This document shows, piece after piece, positions 1 to 12,400 of a stretch of 64,000 bases of DNA. The stretch lies in the NCBI RefSeq assembly GCF_009914755.1, contig NC_060926.1; one strand, 5' to 3'. The number at the start of each line of letters is the position of its first letter. The stretch's first letter is position 1. Source of the DNA: the human T2T-CHM13v2.0 reference genome, Homo sapiens. The notes beneath the pieces were generated by a model that had not been told where the DNA came from, did no database searches, and saw only the letters and a program-made list of their open reading frames with translations. The translations under genes and the position numbers were made by a program.

Positions 1-1904
1 CAGGCAGGGCTGATTGTTTTCCCATGTTTGGTGGTCATGAGAAGAGCGGTTCCTGAAAGAAGGGGAGTGGGGAAAGTAATTCCCTATAAGAAAGGGAAGG
101 TGGAGAGCACTGCTGAAAGAACTAAACAGTAGATCGCCATCATAAAGAACAAATTAGGAATATCTAGGGGATAATGTTACTCGGTGAGAAATAAACAAGC
201 CTTCCTTAGAAACTTAGAAAATTATACCCTTTATTTCTGACTACTTCAAATTATGTTCTGGTAGTACCATTGGTGAATTTCCCGAGCAGGCAGCCTCCAA
301 TTGTAGAAAAGAATTGTGTTCCCAAAATTGACTTGTAAGGAGTTTGGATCTGAGAATACACAGAAACAATGCTACCAATGGTGTTTTTGCTTTTAGGTCA
401 GTTTATAGGAGCAGAATCCTTAATATGCCTAAATTATTATACTAACAGTCCATTTCAATGTCACCAAATATCCATAAGAGAATCTTTCTCAAGAGTCCAG
501 CTTCTGAGTACCATGAAATACATTTTACCTCCTAGTGGTGATTTCTTTTTACTGCATCAGGTCATGGTTGGGTAGATAAAGCATGAAAGGGAACTCTGCT
601 GGGACTCCCAGGAAGTAGCAGTTTATTTGCTTTCTGTGTTGCTTTCTGATGCAGAGAATATGGAATAAAAGGCTGACAACCTGTGTTGTAGATTGAGTAA
701 CTGTTTCTTGCTCTGTGACTTCAGAAAACAGGCCTTGGTTTTCACATCTGTAATACGGTGTTGGTATGTGTACGTGTGCATATATGTGTGCTGGGAGCCA
801 GGTGGACTGCCTTTTAAATTCAGCACTACCTTTTGAAGTTCTTTCCACCCTAAAAAGTCATGCTTCTGTGCTGAGAAAAGCACTTTCTCAAAGCCCTGTT
901 ACTGCTGAAGGGAAGGCTGCCCTCTGGGCCAGTAACTAGGTGGGGAGGAGACTAGAAGAGAGCAGCTCAGGAAAACAAGCTGCACTCCTTCAATGTCTGC
1001 TGATCTATATGAAGGCCTCCCTAGTAAAGCCAAGGGGGGTTTCTCACCACTCTCCTTTTTTGAGGTTCCCTGTATTAATAAATGAAGGAATGACAAAATA
1101 GGATTGTAAAAATTATGGAATTGTGAATATTTTCATTTGACAAATTAGCACAACAGAAATTATGATATAATTGAGCTACTAAGAATTAACTATAATATTT
1201 ATAAAAAATCATTTATGGTACAATCTAAAGTAGTTCAGTAATTGAGTGTATGTGTGAAGTTTTATGAGAGACATGGAAAACATATTGTCAATAAATATGT
1301 CTGTTATTCTATATATGAACTCACCTGGAGATAGCATCAAAGACCTAATTTATGGCCACTTTTGTATGAAGCCCTAGTCAAAGGGCCTTTCTAGTAACTT
1401 TTGTGAGATGCCCTGTTCCCTCATGTTAGTAAAGTTATAGACTATTTCTAGTTAGAGTATCAAATCAGAAATAACAGTGCCGCACATTCTCAATGATCTC
1501 ATTTTCCCTAATCATGTGATTGGTTATCTTATCAATTCTATTTTTTTCTCAGAGTAGTTTCTATCATTTGAGGAAGAAATAAAAGAATAAATATCCAAAT
1601 AAAGATAACTAGACTAGCTGCACAATTACTTTGGGAAAAAAATTGAAATGATTATAAATCATATGCAGTGTGATAAGTCATGGACACAAGTTCAGGATAC
1701 TTATTCCTCTCAAATTGTGGATTCAAATGAAATTCAATATGGGATTTTGAAAATACATCAATTTTATCAATGTTTAAAAAATTTTGTAACACAAAGATGA
1801 TTTTTTTTGTAAATGTAATATATGTATGCTGAAAGTAAGGTTGTTTTCCCTACCTAGAGGAGCATTTGAAAATTTAGAAATAATGATATTTTATTAATTT
1901 TCTT

Positions 1905-2182
1905 ATTTTTGAGGCAGGGTCTTGCTATGTTGCCCAGGCTGGAGTGCAGTGGTGCACCATCACAGCTCACTGCACTCCTGGACTCAAGTGAACCTCTCAC
2001 CTCAGCTTCCCAAGCAGCTGAGACTACAGGTACACACCACCATGCATGGCTGATTTATTTTTTTATAGAGATGGGGTTTCGCCATGTTGCCCAGGCTGGT
2101 CTCAAACTCCTGGGCTCAAGCAATCCACCTGCCTTGGCCTCCCAAATTACTGGGATTACAGGTGTGAGCCCCGCTTCCGGCC
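1905..2182 (-). mobile_element. Alu, AluJ-like
   Basis: Reverse Alu: tttttgaggcagggtcttgctatgttgcccaggctggagtgcagtgg...ctcctgggctcaagcaatcc...ccggcc; J-type motifs. Confidence 0.9.
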
Positions 2183-3199
2183 AAGCCGTGATCTTAAAGC
2201 AATTCATTTATAATGTCTAAAAGTTGGGGGGAGGTTCTGATTTTGTTATTTAAAAAAAAATCTCAAGTTAGTGATACTTGTGTTGAGAAACTAAGTAAAT
2301 TAAACACTTTTTCCCCTAGTTATTAAATTTGAATAGAGTGGAAATAACAAAAAGTTATCATTTTAAGCAAGAATTTTGTTTAATATTTTTTCTCTTTCAT
2401 GTAATCTGTATGAAATTGCTAGTCCTTATAAAAGTTGAGCAATACATTGCTCCTTTGCTTTAAGTATTCTTCAGAAAATTTTGTAAATAGGAAGAATTAA
2501 AGAAGAGGTATTAGCTTATCTATGGAGTTTGTTAAAATCTATGTAAAAAGAAGAGAGGCTGTGATGTTACATGTGGAAGACAACTAAAACAGACCAACTG
2601 TAGGGCAGCAAATGAAAGAAAAAAGTAGGTCAGCGAGCCCCCTGGCGAACAACAAATTGCTATTATTTAAAAGGATGGTCAGAGAGTAAAACTGCCTGTG
2701 AACAAGAATGCTTAAGTGAACAATGGTAAATCTGATAGAAAAGCAGGGTCAGAGCAAAACAGTTGCAAAGCTCAGAGTGTAAACTGCATGTCCTCAGGTC
2801 AAGCAGAGGATGAAAAGCAGAACAATCTCCTCATTCAAGAAACTTCCTGGCGGCCAGCAAGCTGAGTAATGAGAAACAAACTGAGTGGAGGCCTTCCACA
2901 GAGTAAGTAGAAGCAAACAGCCTCAGGATATGGAGGGAATCGAGCAGATTTTGAGACTATAAACTCATCAGGATTCACACTTTCGATAAAAGAAAAGTTT
3001 CAGTAACAGGAGAATCACTGAGGGGACCAAAATACTTAATCAAATCTGTTGTCATCACTTACTTGTAAAAGCCATGGACCCGATGGGATTAATTAAGTGT
3101 GTTTGGTGATCAGAAAGCATTGTCAGGGAAAGCACCATTCCTTATTTTCATTTTTAAGATTTACTGTGCTTTTTCTTGCCACTAGGTAAAATTTGAGGA

Positions 3200-4040
3200 T
3201 CAATTATATAAGATCATGTTGTCTGCAAACAAGGGCAATTTAACTTCTTCCTTTCTAATCTGTGTGACTTGTATTGCTTTTTCTTGCCTACTTGCTCTAG
3301 CTAGGACTTCCAATACTATGTAGAATAGAAGAGGTGACAGTGGGAACTCTTGTCTTGTTTCTGGTCTTCCATTGAGTATGATGTTAGCTATGGGGTTGTC
3401 ATACATATATGGTCTTTATTAGGTTGAGGTATACTCCTTTTATACCTAATTTGTTAAGTGGTTTTATCATCCATTTATTATGAAATGATGTTGAATTTTG
3501 TCAAATACTTTTTCTGCACCTATTGAGGTGATCATATGGTTTTTATTCTTTATTCAGTTAATGTGGTGTATCACACTTATTGATTTGTATATGTTGAACC
3601 ATCTTTGCATCCCAGGCATAAATCCCAGTTGATCATAATGTGTGATCCTTTTAATGTGCTATTGAATTTGATTTACTAGTATTTAGGTGATTTACTAGTA
3701 TTTAGGATCCTTTCAATGTGCTATTGAATTTGATTTACTAGTGTTTATTTAGGTGAGGATTTTGCATCTATGTTCATCAAGGATATTGGTTTGTAATTTT
3801 CTTTTCTTGTGGCATCCTTTTGTGGCTTTGGTATAAGGTTAATGCTGGTCTCTTAAAATGAGTTTAGAAGTGTTCCCTCATCTTCAGTATTTTGGAAGAT
3901 TTTGTTAAAGTTTGGTATTAGTTGTTTAAATGTTTGGCGGAATTCAGCCGTGAAGCCATCATGTCCTGGGCTTTTCTTTGAAGGGAGACTTTTTATTACT
4001 GACTCAATTGCCTTGCTTGTTATTAATCTGTTCATGTTTT
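3200..4040 (-). mobile_element. Old L1 ORF2 fragment (L1M/L1PB-like)
   Basis: Minus-strand ORFs translate to L1 ORF2-like peptides ([17 protein letters not shown]...LFADNMILY; [13 protein letters not shown]). Confidence 0.85.
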
Positions 4041-4911
4041 CGTGGCATTAGAAATATTTTAGCAGAATGGAAGAAACTGACAATGCAAAAGAGAGTGGCT
4101 AAAATTTTAGGAGTGTTCTTTGAAAGGGGAAGAGATATTGTAAAAAAAAATGAGGGGTGGAAAAAAAATGAAGGTTGAATCTTAGGAGATAAGGCAGATA
4201 TATGGGTGCAGATTCAAATATATTAGTAGATTTGGCCAGGCTGATGTCATTTCTTTAATGATTGCTTTGCTTTACTATGTAAAATCAGCTGAGTTTGAGG
4301 AAGGTGTGGGAATGTTGAAGATTTGAGGAGTGAATAGCATTCTGAGACAATTTAAGACAGATTTAAAGAGGGAAATAGAGTAGATTTTTCAGGAAATGTT
4401 GAAGCCCACTTAAAAATTGTGGTCAAAAATTTTATGTGACATCCGTCAGCATAGTTTTAGGCTTTTGTCAGTTGTGCTTCTCCATTGGGGTTCAGGCATT
4501 CTGTAATTACAGAGAGGTGGATTTTTATCACAATTGTAGGTTTGTCAGATGAGTACCACAAAGGGCAAAGGTGTGGGGGTCTAGGTAAGGAAGCTTTATA
4601 GTGACGGGAGAGGGAATGGGTCATCTTGGTGGAGACTGAAGTCTTCAAGAATGATTTTAGGAGAACTGGTATAAAGAAATTTAGGGAAGTGCTATAATCT
4701 CCAGAGAATTTGATATGATCATGAGGTTGGTAGATGACAGCATAAAGGAAAGGAAGATTTGATATAGTCTGATAGCAGGTGCTTCCAAGAAGCTGAATGT
4801 TTCATTGGCAGCAGGAGAAACGCAGTAGCTGTGTTTTAAATCCAACTGAGGGTATATCACAATGGTATTGGGGAGGATGGGGATTTCCCATACACAATTC
4901 AACGCTATGGA

Positions 4912-6188
4912 TGTATTAGTTTGCTAGGGTTGCCATCACAATGTGCCATAACAACCACAACTGGGTGGTTGAAGCAGCAGAAATGTATTGTCTCACAGTT
5001 TTGGAGACCAGAACCCTGAGACAACGGTGTCCTCAGAGTTTGTTTCCTCTGAGGGCTGAAGGAAAATCTGTGTCATGCCTCTCTCCTAGTGTCTAGTAGC
5101 CTCAGATTTTCCTTGGCTTATAGATGGTGTTCTCTGTGTGTTTTCATATCATTTTCCTTCTGTACAAAACTGTCTCTGTGTTCAAATTTCTCCCTTTTTT
5201 AAGGATACAATTGATACAGGAGTGGGGCAGGGAAGTACTGGGTAGAGAAGGGCTGTGTCCCTAGCAAGGGCTCCACCCTCGGGCCTGTGCCCAGGGGACC
5301 TAAGTGAGGACAGGCACTCCTGCTTTCAAGCCCCAATGTTGCATTTTCCAAGACCACTCTGGCCTGCCATGCCCCTATCTTGTGCCTATAAGAACCCTGA
5401 GATCCTAGCAGGCATACAAACGAGCAGCTAGATATTTAGAGGAGCAGAGGGGCAAAAAAGTGCACAGACAAGCACCAGCAGACGCTGTCAGGACATCGAT
5501 GATGTGGACACCAAGGGGAATTTGGTTGAGGGTGGTGGTCGGACGAGAGCCCAGCCACTGAGTGGCCTGACTCCAGGGGAAGATCACCTTCCCACTCCAT
5601 CCCACTTCTGGCTCCCCATCCGTCTGCTGAGAGCTACCTCCACCACTCAGTAAAACCTTGAACTCATTCTCCAAGCCCATATGTGATCCAATTTTTTTCT
5701 TTTTTGGTACACTTGGGCAAGAATCCCCGGATACAGAAAGCCCTCTGTCTTTGCCATAAGGCATGGGGCCTAATTGAGCTGATTAACACAAGCCACCTGC
5801 AGACAGCACAACTAAAAAACTAAAAAACTGAAAAACTAAAAAAGCACACTGTAATATGCACCACTAGGGCTTCAGGAGCTGTAAACACTCAATCCTAGAC
5901 CCTGATGTGGGGTTGGAGCCCCACGACTTGCCAGTGTGCATGCTCCCCATAGAGGTTTGAGCAGGGGGACACCAGAAGAAGCAAGCCACACCCCCACTGC
6001 ATGCCCTTCGAGGGGTATAAGGAAAAACTCCTCCCATTTCACAGTCATTTTGGACTAGAGCCCAATCTTATGACCTCACTTTAACTTGAGGAACTGTTAA
6101 GACACTATTTTCAAATAAAGTCACATTTACAGATACTGAGGGCTATGAATTCAACATCTTTTTGGGGCACACAATTCAATCTATAACA
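4912..6188 (-). mobile_element. MLT1-family (MaLR) solo LTR, interrupted by an ERV1 LTR
   Basis: Begins tgtattagtttgctagggttgcc, ends cacaattcaatctataaca; the sequence resumes after the nested LTR (aaggata|cagtcattttggactagagccc). Confidence 0.8.
5212..6041 (+). mobile_element. ERV1 solo LTR, LTR27-like (LTR1/27/28 group), nested in MLT1
   Basis: TG...CA termini (tgatacaggagtggggcagggaag...cccatttca); 4-bp TSD caat/cagt; TATA-like cctataagaa; subfamily from recalled consensus. Confidence 0.7.
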
Positions 6189-6779
6189 GTGGGCTTTCCT
6201 TAAATTCTTCCAATGGTAATACATTGCCAGGGGAAAATGAACTTGCCAGAAACTTTGGTAATCTTTATTAATTTTTAAAATTTGTAATCTTTCAATATGT
6301 CATGGTCTGAGCAAAAATTGACTTTTAAGTAGAGACGTCAGAATTTGCATGATTCCAATGAAGTATTTTTGCCCAGAATTCTTCTAATCTAGGTATTAGA
6401 ATGCTTAAAATTCATCAGTTCTTTCAGATTAAACATTGTCCCCATCCTTGCCATTGTTTAAAATTCAAGCATTCTTGTCTGAGAGTCATTCCTGCCTTAT
6501 TTTCCTGGAGATGTCATGGATATGAGAAAAATGTTTATAAAAACACTTTTAAAAATACAAAAACATTGTAGAGACGGAACGAAAAACAAATTAACAAGGT
6601 TTTACAAGTGGTGAGACCTAGTGTTGGCCTACTCCTCACCTTCTCTTATGCAACTGGACACAGCTTTACTGATGGTCTTATTTTGAACTCATGACTACAG
6701 AACCTCTGATGGGCACTTAGTACTTTCTGACAGGCACACTACCTTTCCTTAGTTCATTCTCTCTTCCACTCTCTGAGAT

Positions 6780-7860
6780 GTCTATTACAGTGTATCCTTT
6801 CTCTGCAAACCTCCAGCACATCCTCCTCTTTCTCAGTCTTATCTAATGAGCTTGCTTTCTACTTTGAGAAAACCAAAGCCATGAGAAGAGAACTTTTGGA
6901 CTCCCACCATGAGGTCTTCTCGCCTACCACATCTGTTCCTTTTCATAGCCTGCCTTTCTGCTTGCTATTGTAGGTGAACGTTTTGTGCTTTTCTCTAACA
7001 GCAACTCCTTCAGTTGTGCAATATAGCTATCCCCACCTGCATTCTGAAACATTGCTCTAGAAATTCTTCCGTCTGTTTTCTATGTCATAGTTTTCCTCCT
7101 CCCTATGGGATCATACCCATCAGCAAACAAGTATCCTCTATTGTTTCCTAGGTTAAAAAATTCCTGTTTGGATGGAAATGTTTGTTATCTTGAATGTAGT
7201 AATGGTGTCACAGATGCTAACATCTGTCAAAACTGATAAAATTGTACACCTTGAATATGTGCAGTTTACTGTATTTCAAATATACCTCAATAAAATAGGA
7301 AAAAATTCTATTTGACCTCACTGTTCCTATAGCTAATACAGTATTTCTTAGCTCTCTCTTGCAGAAGAACTTCTTGGAGTAGTTGGGTACATTCACTGCT
7401 TTCATCTCTTCTCTTTTCAGACTCCTGGACAGTCTTCTTTTTCTGTGCCATCCTGTTCTCTTTGCACTCTTAATGTTGGAGTACTCCAGGGCTCAGCTTT
7501 TGAACATGTTTTCTTCTTTACTCATTCCCTTTCTCGGGGATCTTCAACTGTTTAACGGTTTTAAATGTTGTCTACATAATGATGACTTCCACATTAATAC
7601 CTGAGCCCAGAATTCTCTTCTGAATTTCAGACACATAATAACCATATATTCATTTGGGTATACATTGTAACTATCAAATTTACTATGTTTGGCATCAGAT
7701 ATTCCATATAAAACTTTCTTCATCTAAATCTTCCCCATCTTAGTTAATGATTATTCCATTTTTTCTGTTACCTTGGCCAAAAACTTTGGTGACATACTTG
7801 ACTGTCTTCTTTTTCTTATAATCCATATCCAGTTTTCCAGCAAATACTATTGATTCTGTC
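6780..7860 (+). mobile_element. Degenerate L2 fragments
   Basis: Pyrimidine-rich L2-like motifs (aatgagcttgctttctactttgagaaaacc; ttccccatcttagttaatg; ccagcaaatactattgattctgtcttcc). Confidence 0.55.
7165..7305 (+). mobile_element. L1ME/MD-type 3' end fragment
   Basis: gatggaaatgtttgttatcttga...tgtcaaaactgataaaattgtacaccttgaatatgtgcagtttactgtat...acctcaataaaa. Confidence 0.7.
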
Positions 7861-7865
7861 TTCCA

Positions 7866-8860
7866 AGGTTTTGCAGTTATTAATAAAGCTGCTATAAATA
7901 TCTATGTGCAGGTTTTTTGTGTGGACATCAGTTTTCGATTCATTTGGGTAAATACAAAGCAGTGATTTCTGGATTGTATAGTATGTTTACTTTTGTAGGA
8001 AATTGCCAAACTCTCTCTCAAAGTTGCTGTACTATTTCTCATTTCTGTTGCTCCCTGTCTTCGCTAGCATTTCTCAGTGTTTTGTCAGGTGTTGTCAGTG
8101 TTTTGGATTTCAGCCACTCTCATAGGTGTGCAGTAGTATCTCATTGTTTTAATTTGCAGTTCTTAATGAAAGATGATGTTGAACATCTTTTCATATGCTT
8201 ACTTGCCATCTATGTATCTCCTTGGCTGTTCAGACCTTTTTTTTCCATTCTTAATTGGATTGTTTGTTTCCTTACTGTTGAGTTTTAAGAGTCCTTTGTA
8301 TGTTTTGGATAGTAGCCCTTTTATCAGGTGTGTCTTTTGCAAACATTTTCTCTCAGTCTATGGCTTGTATTTGCATCCTTTACATTGTTTTTCACAGAGC
8401 AGATGTTTTAATTTTAATGAAGAACAGCTTACCTGTTTCTTTTCTTTCATGGATTATGTCTTTGGTGTTGAACCTAAAAAGCCATCCCCATATTTAAGGC
8501 TACCCAGGTATTCTCCTATGTTATTTTCTAGGAGTATCATAAATGTGTGTTTTACATTGAAGTCTGGATCAATTTGGGTTTTTTTGGTGAAGAGTGTAGT
8601 GTCTGAATCTAGATTATTATATTTTTTTGCATGTGGATGTCCAGTTGTTCAAGTTCCCGTTTGTTGGAAAGACTGTCTTTGCTCCATTGTATTCCCTTTT
8701 CTCCTTTGTCAAAGATTAGTTGACTACATTTACATGAGTCAGTTTCTGGACTCTCTATGCTGTTCCATTGTTCTCTTTGTCTGTTTTTTCACCACACACT
8801 CTCTTGATTACTGTAGTTTTATAGTAAGTCTTAAACTAAAGTAGCATCAGTTCCCCACCT
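7866..8860 (-). mobile_element. Old L1 (L1MB/MC-like) 3' region
   Basis: aataaagctgctataaatatctatgtgcagg; gtagtatctcattgttttaatttgca; gatgttgaacatcttttcatatgctt; cttgattactgtagttttatagtaagtctt. Confidence 0.8.
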
Positions 8861-9120
8861 CCAGAGGTCCCTTCAAGTTCCCACCTTAGCTGCTGGCCAG
8901 ATTCAGCCACCACTGGGCATGTTCACAAATTATCTCGTTGATGATGACTGAGAGTCAGTTGAAGTTGTAATATTTGTGCTCCATAAAAAGCATATCAGGA
9001 CTGACATATATAACTAGAATGCAAATTTATTAATTCAAAATAAGAAATGTCATCGTCAGGTGAACATAAGACTAGCCTAATCCGTGCCTTCTCTCCTAGT
9101 AAGCAAGCTGGTGTTCTATT

Positions 9121-9401
9121 GCCCAGCAAGTTTACTACAATTCACAATAATACAGAGTATACCTCAAGACAGCTAAAAGACAGGATTTTAAATGTTTTTA
9201 CCACAAATAAATTATTAATAAACATTTGAGGTAATGGATATACTATCTACTCTGATTTGATCATTTCAAAATAAATGTATCAAAATATCACTCTGTACTC
9301 CATATTTATATTAAAATTAATGAAAAATAAAATTTAATAAGGTTCATTATTAAAATAAATAAATTGTTATATGTTAATTAAAATAAAATATAACTTTAAA
9401 A
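9121..9401 (+). mobile_element. L1MA-type 3' end fragment with A-rich tail
   Basis: gctaaaagacaggattttaaatgtttttaccacaaa...tttgaggtaatggatatact...ctctgatttgatcatt...tatcaaaatatcactctgtactccata, then A/T-rich tail. Confidence 0.7.
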
Positions 9402-12400
9402 ACTGATATATAAAACCAGAATGTTTATTTATCAATTCAAAATAAATGACTACTATCAGGTGAAGACAATATTATTCTAGTCAGAGCCTTCTCTCCTTGT
9501 ATGCTAGCTCTGTTGCTATCAGAGGTTTTCCTTGGTGAGCTCAGAGTCAGAGCTGGGTGATTGAATTATGTGACTGGGGCATACACTGGCAGCAGTCTGT
9601 GGTAGCCTGTGGTAACCATTGCTTTAATAGGGAAGTACCCTGCCCAGAGGACAGAGCCTTTAAAATGCCAGCACAGGATGTTATTCTCTGGACATGGTAA
9701 AAGAAACACACACAACATTTGCTTCTGTGGCTGTAAATGCAACTCTCCTTTTGTTATTTTATTTTTAATGCTTTCAAGGCTAACCACTGACTCCTGCTGA
9801 TCGATGCATTCTTTATTTTAGATATGCTATTGTGTTCAATCAATTGCAGTCAAGTCTTGCAGGCTAGGGAGCCATTCTGTCTCTTTCTAAAGTGAAATTG
9901 CCTAAACATTGTTTAGCTCCATTATGTGTAGGCTTAAAAATTTAACTCTACTTCTAAATTCATGGGGAATGCATTAGCTTCAGAAGAAAAATGGGTACTA
10001 GAGGGGCACATGACTGTGGAGGGCAAAAGCAGCAATCAGTCTATTAAAGTAATTCTCATCCTGGGCCAAGCAGCAGAATCCTTGCAACATTTTTAAAAAG
10101 AGAGAGAGAGATGATAAAGATGTGGGCTCTTTACGTTTTGATAAATGATACCATATTACTTTCCAAAGATATTGTTTGAATTCATATTTCTAATATTAAT
10201 ATGTAATAGTACCTTCTTCCCTACCTTCTTAGTATTTACTGCTAAACCTTTTATCTCAGCTTTGCTATTGGGTAACAGTTTTGGTAAAATATAGGTAAAA
10301 ATATACAAAACATACTTATGAATAGCACATAAACATGTTGTCCCTATTTCCATGGATGATGAAGAGAAAATCATATTACACGTTTATTCTTCTGCAAAGA
10401 AATGATGGCTTAAGTAATGGGGAGTTAAAGGATCATGTGTTGATTTGCAGCTTATATTAATTGGCTAGTCATTATATTAGAACAGAGATTAACTGTGCTG
10501 TCTACATATAATTTACGTCAAATAAAATAGAAAGGGATACATTTATGGTGAGTTCAGGAAATAATATGCTTTTAATTTTGAAATAAAATCAATATGTCCC
10601 TTGTTGTCTGTGACCTTCAGGATGTTAATGTATAGTTCTTTATTATAAATGAATGACAAGAGGATTGAACAATTACAATAAATATAAAAGCATTTTGAGA
10701 AATGTGAAATCTGAGAGATGGTGGACCTTTACTGAGGGGCCTTTCTGTTTTATATTATAGACTAAATATTATAGATTAAATTATATTGAGTCATAAAATT
10801 ATAAATATATATAACTATACATACAATTATATAGAAATTATATTCCTAGCATTATTTTTGTGATAAACCTTAGGGTGCCAATACTCAAGGAACCCTTAGA
10901 AAGCCATCTTTCTAAGCCCACTGAAATCACTCCTTTGTATATAGGATGATTTCAGAAAATCAATGCCTGTTAAATCTATTTGCAAAAAGTTTTTGCGATA
11001 GGCACCAGGTTTGCTGTTTCCCATAATCTAATGAGTATGTTGCTCAATAAATGACAGTCCAAATTACTATCCATTGACTCGGAGCTCTTCTTTTCATTAT
11101 CAGAATTTTCCTAATGCACCATTTGTTTTACTGATCCATAGCGCTTCTTCACTGAATTAGCTTCATTACATGCACACCATCGCCTTTTGGCTGACCTTCC
11201 CATCTGATTTGTACCTGTTTCTTTTTCATGCTCAGCACACAGTAGGGGCTTTATTATATTTAACACATACTGCTTGATGACTATGTCTCATCTCTACAGA
11301 CTAGACCACAATATTTTTTTCTGTGTTTCCCAGAGTTCAGTCCAGGTTTGGGAACTGATCTAAATGCTATTTCTAACTTGGTTTTATCCTAGGAGTGTTC
11401 CTGGGCAAGGTTAAATTCTATTATCTTTCTGACTCCAAATTCTATTGAAAATCATGACAACCACAATAACAAAAGGATTGAAAAGTTATACCGAAATCTA
11501 TCCATGATGTAATATCTTCTGATAATGAAAAGGGCCTCATGATCTTGAGTCACCATAGTTTTCTCAAATTCTAACTTTCTAAGAAATCAATAACAGTGGA
11601 AGATTAGGTCCTCGGAACCCAGGTAAAGAGCCCCCAATAGGAGTTAAGGGCCAAAGTTTGTGTCCCAGCTCAGCCAATAACCACTATGGGAATTTAAGCA
11701 AGTCACTTTACCATCTGAAACTGTTTCTTCATCTTTAAAGAGAGTAGAATTCAAATTCATAATTACTTGCAGATCAGAGACCCCACTGAGATTCTGCTGA
11801 AAACTATTGACCTCCTTCCCTGAAAAAGCACAAATACACTATAAATAGAATTCCAAGAAGGTCAGAAGCTCTTTAAAATCCACACATAGATTCCCTAAAG
11901 GACTTTAGAATGATTTACAATGGTCTAAAATATGTAGTTGAAAAAAATAAAATAAATCTATTTACATTTGCTACTCCCTATGTGAATTAGTTTTAAAATG
12001 TGTATTTGGGCCATTATATCATTTGACATTATAATTACTTTTTTGTAACTTATAGTACTCAAAACAGAGCTAATTTTTCAATAGTACAGAATATTTCCTT
12101 TGTGGATTAATAGCATCCTAGGATCTGCAAGGTTACGTGTTCACCCTGCTACTTAATGCAGGAATTATCTATAACCTGCCTCAGAGATGAAACTATAGCT
12201 TTGACTTGAACATGTACAGTGATGAGGAACTCACTCATTTGTTTATTTCTGGGCAAACATAAAGAATTTGGGAATTTCCTTTTTTATATTGAGTTATAAT
12301 CTGCCTATACACATAAATGTCAGCCATTGACTCTATTTCTGCTCTTGGAAGCTACATAGATTAATTTTATTTCCTTTTCCAGTATTTTAGGAATTCAAAG

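Noticed and set aside
4892-6180. acacaattcaa present both before the MLT1 and near its far end
   Set aside because: 11-mer; the second copy lies inside the LTR, so it is not a TSD and is probably chance.
7917-8844. Overlapping 123- and 223-aa + strand ORFs
   Set aside because: Antisense reading of an old L1; T-rich composition explains the lack of stops.
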